The translations under genes and the position numbers were made by a program. A DNA stretch of 64,000 nt from an uncultured Gemmatimonadales bacterium (GTDB taxonomy: Bacteria; Gemmatimonadota; Gemmatimonadetes; Gemmatimonadales; GWC2-71-9), in the NCBI GenBank assembly GCA_963748815.1, contig CAVVKJ010000010.1, positions 1,088,001 through 1,152,000 on the forward strand. The letters run 5' to 3'. The notes below the pieces were generated by a model that was given only the letters and a program-made list of their open reading frames with translations, searched no databases and was not told where the DNA came from. Positions within the stretch are counted from its first letter, which is position 1. The number at the start of each line of letters is the position of its first letter. Positions 33,478 to 47,349 of the stretch are shown one piece after another.

Positions 33478-34326
33478 CTAGAACCTCCCTCCGGCGCCAC
33501 CGCCACTGAAGCCGCCGCCGCCGCCGAATCCTCCGAATCCGCCACCGCCGCCGCCGAACCCCCCGCCGCCCCATCGTCCTCCCCCACCGCCCCCGCCCCA
33601 ATATACGTGCGGAGTCCGGGGACGCCGCCGACCGGAGCCCCCGCCCGGGGGTGGCCCGCCGCCTCGCGAGGCGCGGATCATGGTCACGATCACCACCACC
33701 GCGATCAGCAGCAGGAAGAACAGCAGTCCCCACGAACGCTCAGCCGCGCGCTGCGGGGGCGCGAGCGTACTGTCGAGGATGCCGAGGCCGCGGGTCACCC
33801 GGGCGGCGAGCAGCCGCGTCCCGGTCACCAGGCCCGGCCCGTACTCCCCCTTGGCCAGCTGGGGCACCATGGCGTCCCGGACGCTGCCGGCCGCGGCATC
33901 GGTGACGATGCCCTCAAGCCCCTGCCCGGTGCTGATGAAGATGTGCCCGGAGTTCGGGTCGCCCTCGCGGCGCGGGACCAGCAGGACGACGAGGCCTGCG
34001 TTGCGGGTGGCGTCGCCGATCTCGGCGGCCCGCCCGACCCCCCAGGCCCGGCCGATGGCAAGCGCCACATCGGAGGCGGGGTAGTCGCCGATGGTGGGCA
34101 GGGTGACCACCGCAAGCTCGGCGCCGGTGACGCGCCGCAACCGCGTCGCGATCGAATCGATGACGGCGGCCGATCCCGGGTCCACCACGCTGGCCACGTC
34201 GGTCAGGTACCCGGTGGGCCGGGCGGGAAAGAGCGAGTCCGCCGGCGACTGGGCGGTGGCCGCGCCGGCGCAGATCGCGAGTTGAAGCACGAGTCCCAGC
34301 CCGGTAGCTTTCACCCGACCTGTCAC
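33478..34326 (-). CDS. TPM domain protein (YgcG-like)
   Basis: YLTDVA, WGVG, GQGLEG, TM and Gly-rich tail. Confidence 0.9.
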   Translation of the reverse strand: MTGRVKATGLGLVLQLAICAGAATAQSPADSLFPARPTGYLTDVASVVDPGSAAVIDSIATRLRRVTGAELAVVTLPTIGDYPASDVALAIGRAWGVGRAAEIGDATRNAGLVVLLVPRREGDPNSGHIFISTGQGLEGIVTDAAAGSVRDAMVPQLAKGEYGPGLVTGTRLLAARVTRGLGILDSTLAPPQRAAERSWGLLFFLLLIAVVVIVTMIRASRGGGPPPGGGSGRRRPRTPHVYWGGGGGGGRWGGGGFGGGGGGFGGFGGGGGFSGGGAGGRF

Positions 34327-34353
34327 CTGACGTCTCCCGCCTTCGAGCTGCCT

Positions 34354-35097
34354 GTGTCCCGCTGGTGCATCGCCCTGCTCCTCCTGACCGCCGCCTGCGA
34401 TGGGCCCCGGACCGTGACCGTGATGGCGTCGATTCCCGGCCTCGATTCCGCCGAGGCCCCGACCCCAGGATTTTCGTTCGTGGTGCTGCCCTACAACCGG
34501 GATAGCCTCGTCGCTGCCTTCGAGGCTCGCGCCGCGACCCCGCGGCCCGCCACCGCCCAGCTCGACACGCTCTTCGCCCAGTTCCGGGCGCCTTTCTCGG
34601 CGTACACCGCCATCGTCGCCGAAATCGACCGGCTCGGCGATTCCCTGGCGGCGCTGAAGACGCGCCTCGAGGGGATGTCACGCACGAGTGAGGAGTATAA
34701 CGCCTCCTATCGGCGCTGGACCGGCCTCCGCGACTCGATCCGTTCGATCGACACGCAGGCGGCCCGCGCGCGCGCCGACCTCGACGCGGCCCGGCCGAAG
34801 TTCCTGGCCCAGAGCGAGTCGCTCCGCGCGGTCGTGCGCGAGTGGCAAGATAGCACGTACCGCGGGTACGACCGGGTCGTCGATTCGATCGTGCGGGCGA
34901 CCCACCGCGAGCCGGTGGCCGACACCACCGACGCTTCCGGCGTCGCGCGCGTCACCCTCCGCGGGGGACCCTGGTGGGTCTACGCCCGCTCCTGGGACCC
35001 GGCCGATCCGAACGCCGAGTGGTACTGGAACGTCTCCGTGTCCGCCGATACCGTCCGCCTGAACGCCACCAGCGGCGTCAACCGCCCCCGCTACTGA
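34354..35097 (+). CDS. Hypothetical lipoprotein with coiled coil
   Basis: Lipobox LTAAC; start inferred. Confidence 0.6.
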   Translation: MSRWCIALLLLTAACDGPRTVTVMASIPGLDSAEAPTPGFSFVVLPYNRDSLVAAFEARAATPRPATAQLDTLFAQFRAPFSAYTAIVAEIDRLGDSLAALKTRLEGMSRTSEEYNASYRRWTGLRDSIRSIDTQAARARADLDAARPKFLAQSESLRAVVREWQDSTYRGYDRVVDSIVRATHREPVADTTDASGVARVTLRGGPWWVYARSWDPADPNAEWYWNVSVSADTVRLNATSGVNRPRY

Positions 35098-35111
35098 CTC
35101 CGGGACAGATC

Positions 35112-35717
35112 ATGCGCCTCGCCCTCTCGCTCTTCGTCGTCGCGACCCTCGCCGGCCCCCTCCACGCCCAGGACCCGATGGCGGCGCGCAGCAAGGGCAG
35201 CCCGACCGCGCCGGTCACCGTCTATGAGATGTCGGACTTCCAGTGTCCGTACTGCGCCAGGTTTGCGCTCGACATCTTCCCGGCGCTGGACTCCGCCTAC
35301 ATCCAGACCGGCAAGGTGCGCTGGGTCTTCGTGAACTTCCCGCTCCCGATGCATCCCAACGCCGTCTCCGCGGCCCAGGTGGCGATGTGCGCGGCGAACC
35401 AGAACAAGTTCTGGCCGGTGCACGACCTCCTGTTCCGGAATCAGAAGGTGTGGGCGCCGCTCGAGGCCCCGGGAGAATACCTCCTGACCTTTGCCGACTC
35501 GGCGGCCCTCAACCCGACGACGTTCAAGGAATGCCTGACGACCGGCGCCACCCGCGCCGAGATCGAGAGCGACGCCCAAGCCTCGGTGCGGGCGGGCGCC
35601 AAGAGCACGCCGAGCTTCTATGTCGAGGGGGGCATGATGGCGGGCGCGCAGCCGGTGAGCGTCTTCGGACCGATTCTCGACTCGATCTATGCGGTGAAGA
35701 CGGCGGGGGCGAAGTAG
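35112..35717 (+). CDS. DsbA/thioredoxin family protein
   Basis: SDFQCPYC, NFPL..H, STPSF. Confidence 0.9.
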   Translation: MRLALSLFVVATLAGPLHAQDPMAARSKGSPTAPVTVYEMSDFQCPYCARFALDIFPALDSAYIQTGKVRWVFVNFPLPMHPNAVSAAQVAMCAANQNKFWPVHDLLFRNQKVWAPLEAPGEYLLTFADSAALNPTTFKECLTTGATRAEIESDAQASVRAGAKSTPSFYVEGGMMAGAQPVSVFGPILDSIYAVKTAGAK

Positions 35718-35761
35718 GGGCGGGGAAGCGGGGAAGCGGGGAAGCGCAACATGAGACGCCC

Positions 35762-35828
35762 CGTCACCCCCGCGAAAGCGGGGGTCCAGTCGAACTGAAT
35801 CTGGATTCCCGCATTCGCGGGAATGACG
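35762..35828. repeat. Inverted REP doublet (CGTC-type / dRS3-like)
   Basis: CGTCACCCCCGCGAAAGCGGGGGTCCAG...CTGGATTCCCGCATTCGCGGGAATGACG. Confidence 0.7.
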
Positions 35829-36040
35829 ACCGGGCCCCCTGCCTCCCGGCCCCACCGTCTTCACCTCACCCGCTGTCCCCCTCACCGTGAGTCCGAGAGG
35901 GGGCTCGAGGCTCGGGACAGAAGACGCGGGAAACACGGAAGCAGAGAAGTGCGGAATGGGGATTGGGGTGCGCCGACACAACCACCAAAGTGGTCTTCCG
36001 AGTTTCCCGTTCTTCCGCGCTTCCCGCGTTTCCTGTATGG

Positions 36041-36796
36041 CTACGCAAGCGTCAGCGAAAGAAACACATCGTACAGCGCATGGGTCCACGCGGTGATGCC
36101 GAAGCCGCGCAGTAGATACAACGCGCTGAAGAGCACGCCGGCCACTGCCCGGAAGGTGAACGAAGCCAGCTGCAGCTCGTCACCGTAGGGGCCGACGTAG
36201 TGGAACGCCGAGAAGATCAGGGCGCCGACCACCACGGCGAAGACTCCGGAGGCCCCCGGAATCCAGCCGAATCCGACCCGCGCCAGGCGCGCCAGCAATG
36301 AGACGAGCAGCACCCGGAAGAGCAGTTCCTCGTAGAGCCCGGCCCCCAGTGAAATCATCAATTGCGTCGCCAGGTCGAACCCGGCCATTGGCCCGGCCGC
36401 CAGCGGCGGCGCGGCGTGCAGGATGAGCCCGGTCAGCGTCCCGGTGACGATGCCAAAGACCAGGGCGTACGCCACCGACTCCGCCATCATCCCCACGAAA
36501 TAGCGGCCGGTGATGGTGCCGCCCCGACGGACATCGCGCCACACCAGCACGGCGGAGACGCCGACCAGCGCCAGGCCGAAGACCAGCAGCCCGTCGCGAC
36601 CGCCGAGCCAGAGAAAGGCGCTCTTCAGGAGGACGTCCGCGCCGTTCCGGACGCCGCTGATCGCATCGCCCGACAGCAGAAACGCCAGCCCCTCGTAGGC
36701 GAGAAGCAGGGGGAGCGCGAAGAGGAGCGAGTATCTGGGAGCGCGGGTGTCGCGCCAGTAGGAGGGGGTGGTTGGGAGCATCCTCAAATCTATCAT
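36041..36796 (-). CDS. CPBP (Abi/CAAX) intramembrane metalloprotease
   Basis: YEELLFR, FSAFHY, HALYD. Confidence 0.85.
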   Translation of the reverse strand: MIDLRMLPTTPSYWRDTRAPRYSLLFALPLLLAYEGLAFLLSGDAISGVRNGADVLLKSAFLWLGGRDGLLVFGLALVGVSAVLVWRDVRRGGTITGRYFVGMMAESVAYALVFGIVTGTLTGLILHAAPPLAAGPMAGFDLATQLMISLGAGLYEELLFRVLLVSLLARLARVGFGWIPGASGVFAVVVGALIFSAFHYVGPYGDELQLASFTFRAVAGVLFSALYLLRGFGITAWTHALYDVFLSLTLA

Positions 36797-36976
36797 CAGC
36801 CTGAAGTTCTGCCCCGCAGCCCGCCTTCTTCACCTCACCCCCGTCCCCCTCTCCGTGATACGGAGAGGGGGGACACCCGGCGAGACCGGGTGTGAGGCGC
36901 TGCCGCCCTGCCTCCCTGCCCCGCGGCCCCTCTGTCCGCCCTTGCCGAACGCCCCCGACGCCCGGACATTCCGGCC

Positions 36977-38284
36977 ATGCCTCGCACTTCCCTCCTCTAC
37001 CGGATCGTGGCCCGCGCCGCATCGGCGCTGGTGCCGGTGGCGGGCCTCGCCAGCGACAAGGTGGCCCGGAGCCACCGGGGCCGCCGGGGCGCCGTCGATC
37101 GGCTCACGACCTGGGGCAACGCCTCCCGGGATCCCTCACGTCCGTTGGTGTGGCTGCACGCCCCCTCGGTCGGCGAGGGGCTGCAGGCCGAAAGCGTGCT
37201 GCACGTCCTCCGCCGTCGGCACCCCGAGTGGCAATACATCTACACCTGGTTCAGCCCGTCGGCCGAATCGCTCGGGCGGCGCCTGCCAGTCGATGTCGCG
37301 GACTATCTCCCCTACGACCTGCCAGGTGACGTCGACGCCCTGCTCGCCGCCATCCGCCCCGATGTCCTGGCGTTCTCGAAGCTCGACCTCTGGCCCGAGC
37401 TCGCCACCAGAGCCGCCTCCGCCGGCACCCGGGTGGTCATGGTGGCCGCCACGGTATCCCCGGGCAGCGGGCGGCTCCGCTGGCCGGTGCGCGGCGCACT
37501 CCGACCGGGATACGCCAGCCTTTCACTCGCGGGTGCCATCTCCCCCGACGACGCGTCGCGCCTCCAGCAACTCGGCGTACCCCACGACCGGATTCGGGTG
37601 ACTGGCGACCCGCGATTCGACAGCGTGATGGAGAAGGTGGCTGCCATCCCGCCCGACGACCCGCTCCTACGCTTCGGTCAGGGGGCCCCGACCCTGGTGG
37701 CCGGTTCCACCTGGCCCGCCGACGAGAAGGTGGTCCTCGACGCCTTCGCCAGGCTGCATGTCCATCGCCCCGACGCCCGGCTGATCCTTGTCCCCCACGA
37801 ACCGACCGAGACGCACCTCGTCCCGATCGAGCGGCTCGCCTCCCGCCTCGGGCTGCCGTCCCCGGTTCGGCTCAGCCGCGCCGAGAACACGGCCGTTCCC
37901 TTTCTCCTGGTGGACAAGGTCGGAGTCCTCGCCGCCCTCTATGCCGGGGCGGGGGCGGCGTTTGTCGGCGGCGGATTCGGCCGGGCGGGCCTCCATTCAG
38001 TCCTGGAGCCCGCCGCCTGCGGCATTCCCGTGGTCTTCGGGCCCAACTGGCAGAACAGCCGGGACGCCGGGTTGCTCCTCACGGCGGGAGGGGCGGAGGC
38101 GCTCTCGGCGTTCGGCACCGAGGAGGCGGGCGAGGCGCTGCACGCGCATTGGCACGGGTGGATCGAAAACGAAACGCGCCGCCTGTCGCAGGGACAGAAG
38201 GCGCGTGCGGTGGTCGAACAGGGGCGTGGGGCCGCGGAAGCATCCGCCACGCTGATCGAGGAGGCGGTGGCCCGGACTACTTGA
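36977..38284 (+). CDS. waaA: 3-deoxy-D-manno-octulosonate transferase
   Basis: WLHAPSVGE, YLPYD, GDPRFD, AGSTW, HSVLEPA. Confidence 0.9.
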   Translation: MPRTSLLYRIVARAASALVPVAGLASDKVARSHRGRRGAVDRLTTWGNASRDPSRPLVWLHAPSVGEGLQAESVLHVLRRRHPEWQYIYTWFSPSAESLGRRLPVDVADYLPYDLPGDVDALLAAIRPDVLAFSKLDLWPELATRAASAGTRVVMVAATVSPGSGRLRWPVRGALRPGYASLSLAGAISPDDASRLQQLGVPHDRIRVTGDPRFDSVMEKVAAIPPDDPLLRFGQGAPTLVAGSTWPADEKVVLDAFARLHVHRPDARLILVPHEPTETHLVPIERLASRLGLPSPVRLSRAENTAVPFLLVDKVGVLAALYAGAGAAFVGGGFGRAGLHSVLEPAACGIPVVFGPNWQNSRDAGLLLTAGGAEALSAFGTEEAGEALHAHWHGWIENETRRLSQGQKARAVVEQGRGAAEASATLIEEAVARTT

Positions 38285-38639
38285 CGACGATTCCCTCGGC
38301 CGTGACGGTGCGCGGCACGATGATGCCGACGGTCACGATGGTGATCAGCACATCCGACCAGCGGCTCCGGACCTTGATCTTCACGTCCACGAGCGCCTTC
38401 CCCCCAACCAGCTGACCGGCGAGCGTGTGGTGCAGCGCCGGGCTGCTGATTTCCGTGATGCCCCACATGGCGTACACGGCCTTGCCGGTGACGGTGAACC
38501 GTTCGCCGCCGGGAGGCATCGGCGTGCCAGCCGCCGAGGCGAGGGTGACCGGCACGCCGATGCGCGTGGCGTCGATGTTCTGCACGCAGCCGGCCAGGAG
38601 GAGGGCGGCGATCGGCAACATCAGGACGGGGCGCCTCAC
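38277..38639 (-). CDS. Small lipoprotein (Bor/TRL-like)
   Basis: Lipobox LLAGC; ITIVTVGIIVPRTV C-terminus. Confidence 0.55.
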   Translation of the reverse strand: MRRPVLMLPIAALLLAGCVQNIDATRIGVPVTLASAAGTPMPPGGERFTVTGKAVYAMWGITEISSPALHHTLAGQLVGGKALVDVKIKVRSRWSDVLITIVTVGIIVPRTVTAEGIVVK

Positions 38640-39277
38640 AGGCCGAACGACCACTTGGCGCCGACCGACCAGCTCGACGGGTTCTCGGCACCGTAGTCCG
38701 CCCAGTCGTAGGCGGTGCGCAGCCCGAGCCCGAAGATGAAGGCGATGTCGAGGCCGGCGCTGTAGCCGAAGGCGGAGTTGCTGCCGCTGACGGTCCCCGA
38801 CACCGAGTTGTAGTCCCAGCGGGGGGCAAACCACGGCTTGAGCCCGAAGATCGGGAGCGGAATCGTCAGGCCGATGCCGACGCCAACCGGGACGTGCGTG
38901 GTCTTGGCGCCGTCGAGGTCGCCGTAGCCGACGCCGGCCTGGAGATTCACGAAGAAGGGGACCAGCGGCCCCCCGATGAGGCGGAGGTTGGCGGTGCCGC
39001 CGTAGACGCCGGTGGAACTGCCACCGGAGAGTTCCGTCGAGCCGAGCGTGGCGGTGAAGCCCAGCATCCCGAGCCCGAGAGCGCCGGTGGCGGCGTACGT
39101 CGTTCCGCCGCCGGCCGCGTCGTTCGGGAAGCCGACGTCGCCGGCGACGAGGATGCCCCGGGGCACTCCGTTGTTCATGACGGGCAGCCGGGGCACCTGG
39201 GCCTCAAGCGGCGGGGCCGGCAGCAGCGGGGCCGCGAAGGCGGTCACGGCCGCGAGGGCCAATAGACGGCGAAGCAT
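38636..39277 (-). CDS. Hypothetical outer membrane beta-barrel protein
   Basis: Signal peptide, amphipathic strands, aromatic C-terminus. Confidence 0.65.
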   Translation of the reverse strand: MLRRLLALAAVTAFAAPLLPAPPLEAQVPRLPVMNNGVPRGILVAGDVGFPNDAAGGGTTYAATGALGLGMLGFTATLGSTELSGGSSTGVYGGTANLRLIGGPLVPFFVNLQAGVGYGDLDGAKTTHVPVGVGIGLTIPLPIFGLKPWFAPRWDYNSVSGTVSGSNSAFGYSAGLDIAFIFGLGLRTAYDWADYGAENPSSWSVGAKWSFGL

Positions 39278-39309
39278 GTCAGGATGTCCAGGTGGCGAGA
39301 TCGTGGCGG

Positions 39310-39911
39310 CTAGTGCAGCCAGGTGAAGCTGGCGGAGAAGCCGTCGAGGTCGCCGAAGGAGCCGCCGACGTTCAGGAGAAAGTTGGCGCCGAACTTCATG
39401 TCCACCCCGAGGCCCACCGAGAAGTTGATCTCGCTGTTGTCGGCGAAGGTCGGAATCAGCGTCGGGGTGACGTACGGCACGAAGCTGGTCGTCGAGTTCT
39501 CGAGCAGGATCTGGCGGCCGAGCGAGAAGCCGACCGGGATGAAGAGGTGGTTGTTGTTGTCGAGGAGCGAGGCGCCGACGCCCACGACGAGCGCGCCGTC
39601 GAGGGGGAAATTGTCGCTGTGGCGCAGCACCGGGCCCGGTAGTCGCCGCCGAGGAGGAACGCCGTGGCCCCGGTGTTGTCGGGATTGGCGAAGCCGAGGC
39701 GGAACCCGAAGTCGGCCGAGGGACCGGACGCCATGCGGTAGAAGCCCTCGAGCGCGATCCCGCTGTTCTGTGGGTCCGAGACGGACACGCCGAACGATGT
39801 CTTGTCGAAGAGCCGCTGGGACGAGAGGAAGACCGGCGTGCCGGTTTCCTGGGCCAGCGCGGGCGTGGCCAGCACGAACAACGAAACGGCAGCGATCAGG
39901 CTACGACGCAT
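39310..39911 (-). CDS. Hypothetical outer membrane protein (frameshift near 39632)
   Basis: [14 protein letters not shown] signal; C-terminal strands ending FTWLH. Confidence 0.6.
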
Positions 39912-40160
39912 GGACGACCTCCTTGGCATGTTCGGCGACGACGCGGACGACGTTCCCCACCACCTGCAGGAACCCGCCGCGCACCGCAAAGGACTGCTCG
40001 CCGCCGGCGACCCGCACCTGCAAGGTACCCTCGCCGAGCAGCGTCATGAATGGGGCGTGGTGCGGCAAGACCCCCACCTGCCCGTCGTAGGCGGGGGCCT
40101 GCAGGCTCTCCGCCTCCCCGTCAAAGATGGAGCCTTCGGGGGAAATCACCGTGACTCGCA

Positions 40161-40164
<4 letters not shown>
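39901..40164 (-). CDS. atpC: ATP synthase epsilon subunit (short form)
   Basis: [26 protein letters not shown]; follows atpD. Confidence 0.9.
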
Positions 40165-41596
<1,432 letters not shown>

Positions 41597-41629
41597 GCGT
41601 TGGTATCCCGTGAAGTCAGAGTGATCGAG

Positions 41630-44117
<2,488 letters not shown>

Positions 44118-44298
44118 GTGTGTGGTCGCCTGTTTCACCAAAAGGGGTGAGAAGATTCGCTTCGTCTACAGCTTGTGAAAATAATCACATAGCGGGGTCG
44201 GGGGCAACCGCCACTGCCGTTGCGAAGCCCTGGTGTGCCGGCCCGGGATTGCCGCGTCGGCCCCTGCCGGGGCCTCCTCGCAATGACAGAGTTCGGAG

Positions 44299-45069
44299 CT
44301 ACAGCCGGCTCCTCGTATGCCCGCGGGCAAACCGGCTGAGCAACTCCGCCGGGGTGGTCTTCGGGAGGTCCTGCGCCCCGATTCCGGCGATCCGGCGGGC
44401 CGTGGAGCCCAGATGGCTCGAGGAGGAGAAGGAGAGGAGCTCCGCGACCCGAGCCACGCTGTAGCCGGGGTTGTGGAGCAGTTGGGCGGCGGCCACCACT
44501 CGCAGGAAGTCGATGACCCGCTTGAGGTTAGGTGCTCCGCCGGCGCCGAATTGCCGGGAGAGATGCTCGCGGGAGACGCCCTTCCGCCGGGCCAGCGTGG
44601 CCGTGGTGACGGGCTGGTCCACCTTGTCGACGAGGGAGTCCCAGAGCTCCCGCTGCAGCGGATCGGCCAGCCGGAGGAGGCGGGGGGCGTCGGCCAGGGC
44701 ACGCCGCCGGGCCGCCGCCAGCGAGACCCGCCGCACCAGTTCGCCCACCACCGCGTCGTCCACCCCCTCGACCAGCACCGCCGCCACCTTCTGCCGTCGG
44801 CATTCGGAGAGCAGTGCACCGTCATCGGGGCGAATCGGCGCGTACACCACGATCGGGATGTGAGGGAAGTCGGACCGGAGTGCGGCCCAGTCATCCAGCA
44901 GGCCGGGGCGGGGGGCAAAGACCACCGCCTCGACGATCCGGCGGTCGAGCAGTTGGCGGAGATTGGCGGGGGTGCGGCAGGTGACGACCCCGGGGCCGCC
45001 CCGGGGGAGCGAACGGCGGAGCGCCGTCACGGCGCTCCGCCCCTCGAAGAGGGCGGCGATGGCCGCCAT
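44299..45069 (-). CDS. AraC-family HTH regulator with receiver-like N-terminus
   Basis: LARRKGVSREHLSRQF, SVARVAELLSFSSSSHL. Confidence 0.8.
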   Translation of the reverse strand: MAAIAALFEGRSAVTALRRSLPRGGPGVVTCRTPANLRQLLDRRIVEAVVFAPRPGLLDDWAALRSDFPHIPIVVYAPIRPDDGALLSECRRQKVAAVLVEGVDDAVVGELVRRVSLAAARRRALADAPRLLRLADPLQRELWDSLVDKVDQPVTTATLARRKGVSREHLSRQFGAGGAPNLKRVIDFLRVVAAAQLLHNPGYSVARVAELLSFSSSSHLGSTARRIAGIGAQDLPKTTPAELLSRFARGHTRSRL

Positions 45070-45071
45070 CG

Positions 45072-45563
45072 TCAGTTCTCGGCGGCGACGGGGTCCGGCT
45101 GCTTCTTCGGCCGACCCGCCCCGACCGCCACCAGGGTGCGGGCCATCTCGCCACCGCGCCGGAGCACGCCACGCGCGTTGTCGTAGCTCAGCTGGTCGAG
45201 CGCCTGGTCGAGGGGGAGCCACTGGTGATCGGTGATCCCCTCGTCCTCCTGCGGGACCACGTCGCCCTCGGGGCTCTCGAAGAGGAAGAAGTGGCAGAAC
45301 TTGTGGATGGCGCGCCCGCGAAAGCGGAAGTGCCAGTCGATGATCCGGATGGGGCCGTGCAGCAGCAGCGACTCGAGCCCCGTTTCCTCACCGGTCTCGC
45401 GCAGCGCCGCCTCGGCGGGGGTCTCCTCCTCCTCGAGGTGCCCCTTCGGAAATCCCCAGTGCCGGTACGAGTCCTTGATGAGCAGGAAGCGCGCCTCCGA
45501 GCCGAACCGCCGAAAGACGATCCCGCCCGCACTCACCTCGCGCTCCGGCTTCCGCTTGGCCAT
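45072..45563 (-). CDS. NUDIX hydrolase (Ap4A hydrolase-like)
   Basis: SAGGIVF, WGFPKGHLEEEETPAEAALRETGEETG Nudix box. Confidence 0.9.
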   Translation of the reverse strand: MAKRKPEREVSAGGIVFRRFGSEARFLLIKDSYRHWGFPKGHLEEEETPAEAALRETGEETGLESLLLHGPIRIIDWHFRFRGRAIHKFCHFFLFESPEGDVVPQEDEGITDHQWLPLDQALDQLSYDNARGVLRRGGEMARTLVAVGAGRPKKQPDPVAAEN

Positions 45564-45566
45564 CGG

Positions 45567-46575
45567 CTAGAAGACCGAGAACTTGAAGTACTTGCGCGGA
45601 TTCACCTGGATGTCGGCGATCAGCTTGCGCAACTCGATCATCGTCGCGGTCGTCTCGTTGTAGAGCGTCGAGTCCTTGGTCAGCATCCCGAGGGTGCCCT
45701 GCCCCGCCTGCAGCCGGCCCATGATCGAATCGGCGGCCACGAGGATCCGGACCAGGCTCACCTCGTGCTCGCGGGCCGCGCCGAGGAGTTCGCGCAGGTC
45801 GGCGGTGGCCACGCGCAGGTCGGCAGAGGAGCCCTGGGCGGAGTTCACGATGCTCGCGATCTGGCCCTCGCTCGTGGCGGAATCGAGCCGGGAGAGGGTG
45901 GCGTGGAGGTCCTGGGCCGCTCCGGCAAAGTCGCGGGAGGCGGCGACGCCGCTCGTGGAGATGGCGTCCACCTTGTCGGTCTGCTTGTTGGCGAAGGCGG
46001 TCAGCCGGTTGATCATCGCCAGGAAGTCGTCGAGGCTGTTCCGGACCTTGGCGGCGGTGGTCGAGTCGAACACGGCGCCGACCCGGTCGGTGAGCAGGGC
46101 GATGTCGCCGGCAATGCGCCCGGCCTGGGAGGTCAGCGAGCCGATGTCGGGGAGGGTGGCGCCGGGCCAGTCGTCCGCGCCGGCCTTCTTGGCCGCCAGC
46201 GAGTTCGGCCAGCATCGTCGGGTCCTCGAGCGGGTCGTCGAGCGAGATGATCTTGGCCTCCCACTCGCCGAAGAGGCTCGCGGTGGAGGCGATGACCGCG
46301 GGGCTGGCGGGGATTTCGGTGCGCTGCTCGAGCTTCAGGGTCGCCAGCACCCAGTCGCCGTCGGCCAGTTCGACGGAAAAGACCTGTCCGATCTTGACGC
46401 CGCGGAGGGTGACGGGAGCGCCGACACCCATGCCGCCGACCGTGCGAAACCGCACCGTGACCTTCTCGGGTCGGCTGCCGAGGTGGATGCGGCCGAGCCA
46501 GAGGGCGGCGGCCACCACGACCAGGAGGGCGACGAGGACGGTGCCCCCGACCACGAACGCATTGCGCCGCTTCAC
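45567..46575 (-). CDS. mlaD: MlaD/MCE family protein (frameshift near 46200)
   Basis: N-terminal TM, GMGVGAPVTLRGVKIGQV, C-terminal NPRKYF. Confidence 0.85.
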
Positions 46576-47306
46576 ACGCCCCCCTCCGGACGCCCCTCGA
46601 TGAACTGTCGCACCACGGGATCCTCCGTCTGCTGAATCTCCTGGACCGTGCCCACCTGCCGGATCCGTCCCTCGTACAGCATCGCGATCCGGTCGCCCAC
46701 GGTGTAGGCGCTCCGCATGTCGTGGGTGACCACGATGGCGGTGGTGCCGTACTGCTCGCGGACCCGGACCATCAACTGGTCGATGACCGCCGAGGTCACG
46801 GGGTCGAGCCCGGTGGTCGGTTCGTCGTACAGAATGTACCGCGGCCGGAGCGCGATCGCGCGGGCCACGCCCACCCGCTTCCGCATGCCGCCCGAGAGCT
46901 CGGCGGGATAGTGGTCCTCAGTGCCCGTGAGGTCGACGACGTCGAGGCTCTGTGCGACCCGCTCCTCGATCTCTCCCGGCTCCAGCCCGCGGCGGGCGAG
47001 CCCCAGCCGGATGTTGTCGCCGATGGTCATCGAGTCGAAGAGCGCGGCAAACTGGAAGACGTAGCCGATCTTGCTGCGCAGCGCGGTCAGGCCGTCCCAA
47101 TCGAGCTCGTGCACCACCTCGTCGTCCACCGTCACCGATCCCGCGTCGGGTGACAGCAACCCGACCACGTGCTTCAGCAGGACGCTCTTTCCCGAGCCGG
47201 AAAAGCCGATCAGCACGGTGGTCTCCCCTTCCGGGATGTCGAGCGTGAGGCCGTCGAGCACGACCTTGTCGCCGAAGGCTTTGTGGACGTCGTGGAACCG
47301 AATCAT
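46572..47306 (-). CDS. mlaF: MlaF-type ABC ATPase
   Basis: GFSGSGKS, LSGGMRKR, YDEPTTGLDP. Confidence 0.9.
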   Translation of the reverse strand: MIRFHDVHKAFGDKVVLDGLTLDIPEGETTVLIGFSGSGKSVLLKHVVGLLSPDAGSVTVDDEVVHELDWDGLTALRSKIGYVFQFAALFDSMTIGDNIRLGLARRGLEPGEIEERVAQSLDVVDLTGTEDHYPAELSGGMRKRVGVARAIALRPRYILYDEPTTGLDPVTSAVIDQLMVRVREQYGTTAIVVTHDMRSAYTVGDRIAMLYEGRIRQVGTVQEIQQTEDPVVRQFIEGRPEGGV

Positions 47307-47349
47307 GATTTACGTCCCCGCTTCCCCGCTTCCCCGCTTCCCCGCCGCT

